Assembly: GCA_012026655.1 (NCBI GenBank)
Contig: JAAILG010001462.1
Coordinates: 1-64,000 of the forward strand
Direction: 5' to 3'
DNA: 64,000 bases
Origin: Hydrolagus affinis
Taxonomy: Eukaryota
A program made the position numbers and the translations under genes. This document shows, in pieces, positions 55,871 through 64,000 of the stretch (position 1 is the stretch's first letter; the number at the start of each line of letters is the position of its first letter). The notes beneath the pieces were generated by a model that saw nothing but the letters and a program-made list of their open reading frames with translations, did no database searches and was not told the DNA's origin.

Positions 55871-57489
55871 GCAAAAATTGCAAAACTGAAAAAAAAACTT
55901 GTGGATGATAGGTGATATTAGAAAACAAATATGCCCATGTCACTCCCAGATGCAAGACTGGAAACAGTGATGTATAAAACATGTCTCTACTCCAACCAGG
56001 TATTGAGATCCTTCTTGAAACTCTGATAGATATTGTCGTTTTATTATTATAAGAAAAAGGAAGATAGATATCTTCATAGAATAATATTATTATTTGTCTG
56101 GATTAAACTGTTGATTTTGTACTCTAGCATAAACTGAGAAATGATTCAGGTTCTGAAATGTGAAATATGGACCTTATTGCAAAGGAGCAAGAAACAAGAG
56201 ATTATGTTGAAACATCATTCAAAATATTTACACAGATTTTATTAACTAAAAACAGAATCTAATCTGTGGTTTCTATTGTAACCAAATGATATGCACATTT
56301 TTTGATGGGTGTGAGTATCGCTTCCATATTTTCCTATGGTGTTTCTTAACCCAACAGTAAAAACAAAACCATCTAATTAGTCAAACTAAGGTTCAATAAT
56401 GTGCATTGTTTAAATAAAAAAAAGAATTTTACAATGCCACAAATTATCCTTAAAATAAATCTAATACCACAGCATATTTGCTAGAATTATTTGCACTCAT
56501 GTGAAAGGCTATCAGAATCTATCTGCAGTGCTTATGAAGAATGGGCCATTCTGGCCTGTGAAATAAACTTGGTGATACTCTTACTTCAGTGGGGACCTGA
56601 CTATATGCATCTGCTGTGTTCAATTGTAAATCAAGTTCCATTTTAAATGATTGGTGTAATATATCAGATCTTGAATGATAGGCACTATATAGATGCACAT
56701 TGCTGTCATTGTTTCAACAAAAAAACATTGCAAAATAATGCTTATAGGTAATTCCGATAGATTAACTTAGACACAGTTAGTTGAGGTATATGGCATTAAA
56801 GAGCAGTGTTTTATACTTACTGCAGTGGATTTGATATTTTCAAAGATCATTAGAATTGAGCCTCCCTTATTTGCCAATGTGTGAATGCAGCACGGTGAGC
56901 TTCCACTAGCTTTCCTTGAAGAGTATTTTGTATTTTGCAAAATTTTTCATTTGAAGGATGTTTCTTTTATTATTATATCTCATTTTCGGTTTGATATTCT
57001 GCTTGGTTATATAGAACATTTACTTTCCTTAAATGATGTTGTCATGTGCTATTTGGAGTGATCTCAAAATGATGGCATATGCTTTTTTTCTAAAGGGATT
57101 TGACTGCATTCTTTCTTGTATTTAATCTCTTCAGATAACATGAGAACCATCTGCTCAGATAAGCAAATGACAAGTTAATGTTTAACCAAAATCATTGTGA
57201 AAGGTTGTCAAGTTCAACATAGCATGTACTTACATATGTCAGTTGTCAGACAACCTCATTCTACTAAAAATTTCAAATAAAAATTCAGACAGAAAATTAT
57301 CATGTAAAGTTACCAAAATAGTAATTTCAAAAATTGTTGGACTGTTCTTTAATACCATAGTAAATGCATCTCTTCCTTTGTTCATTTGATGTATAAAGCC
57401 ACAATATAGAAAGAATTTACATTTTCATGACACCTTATCATAATGAAATGCTTCACAAGTAATTACGATCAAGTGTGGTGACTTCCTTT

Positions 57490-57761
57490 TTCTAGGCAAA
57501 TGTAATATGAAGTGGCTGACCAATTAATTTGGAGGATTGTTGGAATGAAGAGATTTCCTGCACATTTCAAACAGTGCCTTGGAATCTTTAAATCTGAATA
57601 TATCTGATCATCTTTCTCATAAATCAGCATGCACAAATAGACAGCACTTCCACAGTGCTGCATTGGATTGCTAGCCTGGATTCGCGAGTTGAACTCTGAA
57701 ATGGCGCTTGAATTCTCAATCTTATGATCAAGAGACAAGAATGCACCTACCAACTGAGTCA
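57490..57761 (-). mobile_element. Deu-domain SINE, old
   Basis: AGTGCCTTGGAATCTTTA..CAGCACTTCCACAGTGCTGCA..CTACCAACTGAG, homologous to the 46865 copy. Confidence 0.5.
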
Positions 57762-58246
57762 AACACCCAAGAAAAAATGCATAGTTACATAGATTCCCAT
57801 GGCAGGAAACAAGCTATTTGGCCTAACGAGTCAATGCCGAAATACAACTCAATACAGCATTCACTCAATGTATTTTTGCTTATCTTTAATAGCACATCAT
57901 GTTGATTTTTTTTCAAACACTGAGATCATTAAATGCACCAGCTGCAATCCAAACATCTTTCATGCCACTTTGATTTATTTCAAATGCAAATCTAACAATA
58001 AAACAGTAAATATCATTATCGTGCTTGAAATAATAGAAGGTGAGGCTAGTGGATGTTTATGAAGGTTGCCCATTTTACAATGGGTAAAATATTCCTTGTA
58101 TTTGATAAAGGGTCTTTCATATTGGAAGGGTGTCTCAAAGCAATGTACACTGTAAAGGGTATTTTGTGTAAATATTTGTCTACAAAATACAGTCACAACA
58201 CTTCAAAATAAATCCTACAAAGTGCTTCCAGATATTCTTCCAGTGT

Positions 58247-58469
58247 GGAGTCCTGTAGCTCAGTAGTACTCTCCTTACAAGCGAGAGAACTGGGTTCAAT
58301 TCCAGGCTGGATGAAGCGAGAGAACTGGGTTCAATTCCAGGCTGGATGAAACCTTGGGCAAGTTTCTTTACTCCACATGCTTGAAAATAATAAGCATATT
58401 CTGTGAAGTGCTTTGAGACATCTAGAAGATGTGAAAAATGCTGTATCAAATGAAAGGATTATTATTATT
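58247..58469 (+). mobile_element. tRNA-SINE with duplicated B-box segment and deleted body
   Basis: GGAGTCCTGTAGCTCAG head, 35-bp tandem duplication 58279-58348, intact tail. Confidence 0.85.
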
Positions 58470-59170
58470 CATGTGAAAGGCAAATTGTGAAATAATGGCA
58501 GATATCAAATACTTGTTGTACACTATTCATAGCCACATCCATAATAATTAAGAAAAAGGTCTAATTTTTATAAACCTTATCCACAAATAAATAGATTAAC
58601 ATATGCTTTTCTGTTTACCTCCATGTTTTGATTTATTTTCCTATAATATCATAATCTTTGTAGCCTCGTTGGAACCTAAAACAAGTGAAAATCAAATTGG
58701 ATTGCTAAAATGTTTGCATGTATTTTTATTAATTCAAGACAGTAATTTTACAATAATTTGACTTTGATAACTTAGAATAATATTGTTCTACCTAATTATT
58801 TGAAATAGTGTATTTCACCACCGCTTTAAAACAAATTTGTCACTATTACCTTATTTAGCCATCTGCTGCTCTTAATGTTACTCCTCAATAAATATCAAGT
58901 AGACATTTCTCCCTAGATGGACTACAGAATAAATACATAAAGCCCTTGTATCGTAGTCCAGGAGCTTAGTCAGTAATTCCAATTTCCTGGGTTCATGTCC
59001 AGAGGCTGCCGCTACTCAAATATTGAGGGCCAGCATTTGAGAAGTAAATCATATTCAAAAAGAATAGGGAGTTTCTCCCATATCCTGGCCAACAATGCCC
59101 TCAAAATAAAAAAATACTGGCTGCCTGCCAAATCCACAGTCAATCCACTTTACAGTGTATCCAGTGAACA

Positions 59171-59546
59171 ATAATAATAATCCATGCATTTAATACAACA
59201 CCTTATCATGTCGTTGAGATTTTACAAAGCACTTCACAGAATAAAATGTCAAGTGAATTGACTGTATATTTTGTGGGCAATATGTGGCAGCCAGTTGCAC
59301 CCAGCAGTATCCCACAAACAGTATCCCACAAATTGAGTGACCACATTTTTTTTTTAAAAAAGGGGTTGTTACTGCCGAAAACAATGTGCCAATTGGCTTG
59401 TGGCTGGGTTCGTGCTGTTAGGTAAACAGAGGAGTGAAGTAATGAAAATTTGCTTAAAGTTTTGCCCCGTCCAGGAATCAAACCCTGGTTCTCCCGCTTG
59501 CGAGGCGAGCCAATACAATACATTAACCAATACACTATAGAACTCC
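59171..59546 (-). mobile_element. tRNA-SINE copy (longer variant)
   Basis: Tail, body and tRNA head homologous to 38042. Confidence 0.8.
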
Positions 59547-61000
59547 ACATTGCACCCAGTAACCGGAAAGTTAAATGTTTTGAGGTGTCTTAATGATGTG
59601 ATAAAGCATTATATCAAATGCAAGGATCATTATAACAAAGTAGTTTTTCCCTCTGTTCTTTCCAGGAACATTGTGAATTAATAAAGATTCTACAATCCTT
59701 TTTACGTCTCTTATTACAGTTTGCGATAACTGGCCTTGATTGCGAGTCCACAGAAAAACACCTCCTCAGTCCCTGTCACAAAGCCAGAAGCAAATATCTT
59801 TGAAGGCTCCGAAATCTTTCAGTACTCGAGGATGGGGGTTAACATGTGAAATGTGTTTTCCTGTTACAGGGTGCAATGTGAATCAATTAGCAGCGCACAC
59901 TCCAATGTGCCAGAACAATGGGAGGGTGAGAGTAGAATCTCTTCAGGACTCCACTACAAGACAGACAAGCACATAGGTTACATGTTTATTCAGTCAGTGG
60001 ATGAGTATTTGACATGATTACTGTAATCACAGAAATCTGTCTTAATTCCAATAAATAGTTAAAATCAAGCAGGTGCTGGCTCTCGTCTTTGCAGTAAATT
60101 TTATTCCATTTGCAGAAACAAGTGAAGAAAATACATTTGAATTTCAGTCACCCAGTGAGAGATGAAAGCTGAGAGTGGAGGTGCTCCCTGATGTGCTGCA
60201 GTATGACTTGGCATCAGTCTGCCTCATTTACCTGCTTTAGCAGTCTTCCTGCTCCAGAAAGTACCACGCAAGTGTATGAAATAATGAAGAGAATTTTTGC
60301 TCAGAAGCACTTTGTGTAACATTCGAAACCTTAGACAATAGGGGACAAATTGGAGTTTATGCTGCTTCAATTACAGCCGCCTAGCTCTCTGGTAATTTCA
60401 GTAATTTCATAATGAGTGTAGGGCTTGCGGTTCAATATCATTGTGCAGCATAAATGGGGCACAAATTCAAAGGAAAGATTGTGAATACTACAGACACAAT
60501 TCTCATAGTGCTATCACACTGAGCAGGAGTCGAGTATAAAGGTTAAAGAAATCTGGCTACACAGCCCTTTGGGCAGGTGAGAAGCCACTTGCCAGCTGAA
60601 CATGTTGAAACAGTGGTTCTGTGTTTATTCTGTGAGCTACCCAGTCCATTGGGAGGATTTTTACTGCTCCTGTGCTCTCTGGGCATCAGTACATCCCAGG
60701 GTCTGGACTGATCTAGAATCTGATCCATAGATTAGCTTTGTAATGGCCTCCCTCCCCCTACAATCCTACAGATAAATTGGTCATTCACTTCATGACTATT
60801 TATGGGACTTTGCTGTTGCAAAATGACTTTACAGTTTGCAAAATACACAACAACAGCAATTACCTCAGACGCACTTTCAAACGTTTCAATATTATATAGA
60901 ATGCAGTATGTATATCAAATTGTAGGAGGATTATAACAATTTACCTGTTAAAATGACAGACACAAGCTGAGGTCAGTGGCCTATCAATCCTGTTTTCAGA

Positions 61001-61190
61001 TAATAATAATATTTTATAATAATCCCTGTGTTTGATATAGTGCTTTTCACATCTTCTATACATCTTAAAGCATTTCACAGAATATACTGTAAAGTGAATT
61101 GACTGTATATTTGCAAGTGAAATGCAGCAGCCAATTGCCCACAGCAGTGTCCCACAAATTGCCTTGGATTGAAATAAGCAATTTATTATT
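61001..61190 (-). mobile_element. tRNA-SINE 3' half
   Basis: AGAATATACTGTAAAGTGAATTGACTGTATATTTG..CAGCAGTGTCCCACAAA. Confidence 0.75.
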
Positions 61191-62474
61191 GGGAGTGGGG
61201 GATGGATGGTAGAAGATGACCAAAAGCGCAGTCAAAGACGTAAAGCAGGCTTTGAAAGTTGGAGTGAGGAAGGATAGCAGAGGAAAGAGAGTCTATGTGG
61301 TAGAGACTCAAGGAAATAAGATTTCTTTCCTCCTTTTAAGTTTCTCCCCTCTCTAAATTCATCACTCGGGTATAATTCCATGACACGCACACCATTTGAT
61401 AAGATGTCTAACGCATAACCCATCTCTTAGCAACCCGCCATATTGTGCTTCCTTATAGTTAAAATATCGAAAGTACAAACAAGGCTTACATTTTATTTTC
61501 ATTTGGGTACAATTAATTCCGGGGCATTTATCATTCCTTGCAATAAATAACATCTTTTTCAATTCAAGAAATATCTTATTTCTTTAACAACGGGTTTAAC
61601 TAAAAGCAATTCCCATTTTGTTCTTAGATATAATTTTTATTGATTTTTAAAATCATTTTTAATGCTGTAAATCTTTACTTTACCTCCCTAGGCTTGTCAA
61701 ACTTTTCTAATAAAGCATTCTGTTTGGTATGCACCCTGTCGTTCATGTACAGCGAATGATAGAGCCAGTAGTGACCTTGGTGGTGGGGATATAATACTTA
61801 ATGCAAGTGCAAATTAAACACATAGATGGATTTTATCACAGTGAGAATCTCTGCAGTGGCTGGTGATCATTCCTACTGTTAGTTCTCCATCAAAAATGTT
61901 TAGCTTCACTTCATCCAATCGTTACCTTGCACCATATCTTGCAATTAGAATAAGGATTATTATCCAGTTCTCAGATTAACCACATGATCTTTAGTTCCTG
62001 TTAATGGGTCACATTGTGTAAATATGCAACATGCAGTGCAATGTCAGACATACGTTATGCTAATAGTTCTACTCACTTCTGCTCCAACAGATGTCTCACT
62101 CGAAGACTTACATTTTATTTGGGAAGTTTGTTAGAGCTATTAGTTGGAACCTGGGAAAATAGAAAAGTCCCAAAATATTTGCCCCAAATTGTGGGGGAAT
62201 TGGGAAATTTTGCGGAGATTTGGTCGGTCCTGTTGAGTTACATTTTATTCACTTTATTGACAAAAACTAAACATGAGGAAATAATATAGATTAGATTGTA
62301 GCCAAACATTTTTATTAATTTCTACTGTAGCAAAACCAGAGTGGCTCATTTGGGGTGAGGGCAATGTGACAGGCCCAAAGGGCCTAGAGATCCACCAAAA
62401 ACAGACACACAGGACCAGTGTCCTGACTGCAGGCTACAGGAGCTCATCACCTCCTGCCACTCAGGGCTCTGTAT

Positions 62475-63170
62475 TGCACACAGACATAGAGACCCAGAGA
62501 GAGGGACACAGACTCAGTAGAGACACGCACACCTTCAGAGGCACAGAGAGCGAGACACGCACACACACACACACAGATACACACACTCAGAGACACCAAG
62601 AGATACACACACTCACAGAGACACACACCCAGAGACAAAGAAAGAGACATATACGCTTAGAGACACACACACATTCAGAGACACATAGAGATGCACACAC
62701 TCAGAGACACCAAGGGACACACACACACTCACAGACACAGAGAGACACACACACTCACAAAGAAAGAGACATACACACTTAGAGACACCAAGAGAGACAC
62801 ATAAACTCACTGACACAGAGAGACAGATACACATAGAGGAGAGACACACAGAGGAGAGACACACATACACAGATACACTCACAAACACACATAGAAAAGA
62901 CACACTGACAAACTCACAAACACTTATACACAGAGGAGATAGACATATTTACCCAGACACTCACAAACAGACACACATACAAAGCAGACTGAGACACTCA
63001 CACAGAACTCAGAAACACATAAAGAAAAAGAGACGCACAGACATACTCACATAGAAACATGTAAATAGACACACAGACACTCTCTAACACATAGAGAGAG
63101 ACACACTCATATAGAGACACTCACAAACAGAGAGAGACACAAATATAGATATATTCAAACATACAGACAA
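62475..63170. repeat. Degenerate (CA/GA)-rich low-complexity satellite (AGAGACACACAC units)
   Basis: Direct reading; explains the spurious T/H/R-rich and V/C/S-rich ORFs. Confidence 0.9.
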
Positions 63171-63383
63171 TCTCAAATAATGGCCCAAATTATAACTAAA
63201 CAGTAAAATGATATATATGTACAGTATTACATAGTTAAAATATATATTAGGATCTGTTTTGAATTAATGGCTGAATCTTTAGTTTGGGCTCAAAAAGGAA
63301 ACTGAACTGCTTTCTTTGAGGAAAGTTCATACAAAAAACAAAAGAAGATGTCAATTTGCCCCATACGCTGTTGTTCTGACTCA

Positions 63384-63402
63384 TGCTCACTAGGTGGCGC
63401 CA
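63384..63402 (+). promoter_or_regulatory. CTCF-binding motif
   Basis: TGCTCACTAGGTGGCGCCA versus consensus TGGCCACCAGGGGGCGCTA. Confidence 0.55.
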
Positions 63403-63830
63403 CATAGCTTCTTTGTACAGTGTAAACATATTGTACCTCACTTCACCCCAGCTGTGTGTGTGTGTGTGTGTACATGTTTTTCTCCTTTTTTTTCTCTCCT
63501 GAGCATAGTCTCCAAAACACAAATATTAGCCCAGTAACGTGAAACTGTACAAACTTTGTGGGGCAACACACAATCACTTTCCACATGTTCATAATTGCAG
63601 GAGGACAGGGACTTTCCTTCGTTACTTTTTAACATGTTTCATTTCATGAAAAATCAGCAGAAATCGTTTGTGCGTATTTTTAATACTGGAAGTTACTGAG
63701 ATAATCAAAACAGAACTGTGAGAAGGCCTCTACTACTGAATCCATGATAACAAACTGCAGACTCCAGCCATTTTTTGCTGATCAGATTTCCTGTAATGTT
63801 CCTCTTTCAGACCAATGTTTTCCATTGATT

Positions 63831-64000
63831 TCATAGAATCGTAGAATTATTAGAACAGAAGGAGGCCATTCGGCCCATTGTGTCTGTGCTGGCTCTTTGA
63901 AAAGAGCTGTCCAAATCAATCCCACTCCCACACTCTCTCCCCATAGCCCAGCAAACCTGTCCTCCCCAAATAATTATCTACTCTCTTAAAAGTTGTTATC
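63831..64000 (-). mobile_element. CR1 LINE 3' end (runs off the window)
   Basis: TCATAGAATCGTAGAAT..GGCCATTCGGCCCAT..GGCTCTTTGAAAAGAGC is the reverse complement of the 3' UTR seen at 340-497. Confidence 0.85.

Noticed and set aside
62366-62903. ORFs of 138, 67 and 96 aa
   Set aside because: Translations of the CA/GA low-complexity repeat

Overview
Vertebrate nuclear DNA. The repeat content (CR1 with (ATTCTATG)n tails, L2 with (GTT)n tails, tRNA-head and Deu-domain SINEs) suggests a cartilaginous fish, possibly a chimaera; this is inference. The + strand carries the 3' half of RALGAPA1: 20 coding exons spliced by hand into one continuous frame of ~1,100 aa (1253-35225, including the Rap/Ral-GAP domain). 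It also has a 31-nt stop-containing cassette exon and an 8.6-kb U12-type minor intron. The - strand carries the intronless SNAG/C2H2 zinc-finger gene INSM2 (40870-42474), convergent with RALGAPA1 as in human 14q13. About 21 kb of gene-free upstream DNA follows, with CpG-rich and enhancer-like blocks. Most notable: (1) two non-canonical REST/NRSF RE1 elements, one inside the INSM2 coding sequence (codons IQHLDSS) and one 12.6 kb upstream; (2) a C-terminal switch exon followed by QKI/RBFOX motifs; (3) an exon whose splicing regenerates the upstream donor (recursive-splicing candidate); (4) an 80-nt pre-miRNA-like hairpin and two larger palindromes; (5) a truncated U2 snRNA fragment. No prokaryotic-type system (CRISPR, operon) is present. 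Most short ORFs in the track are noise. Comparisons to human proteins and repeat consensuses are from memory, not from searches.
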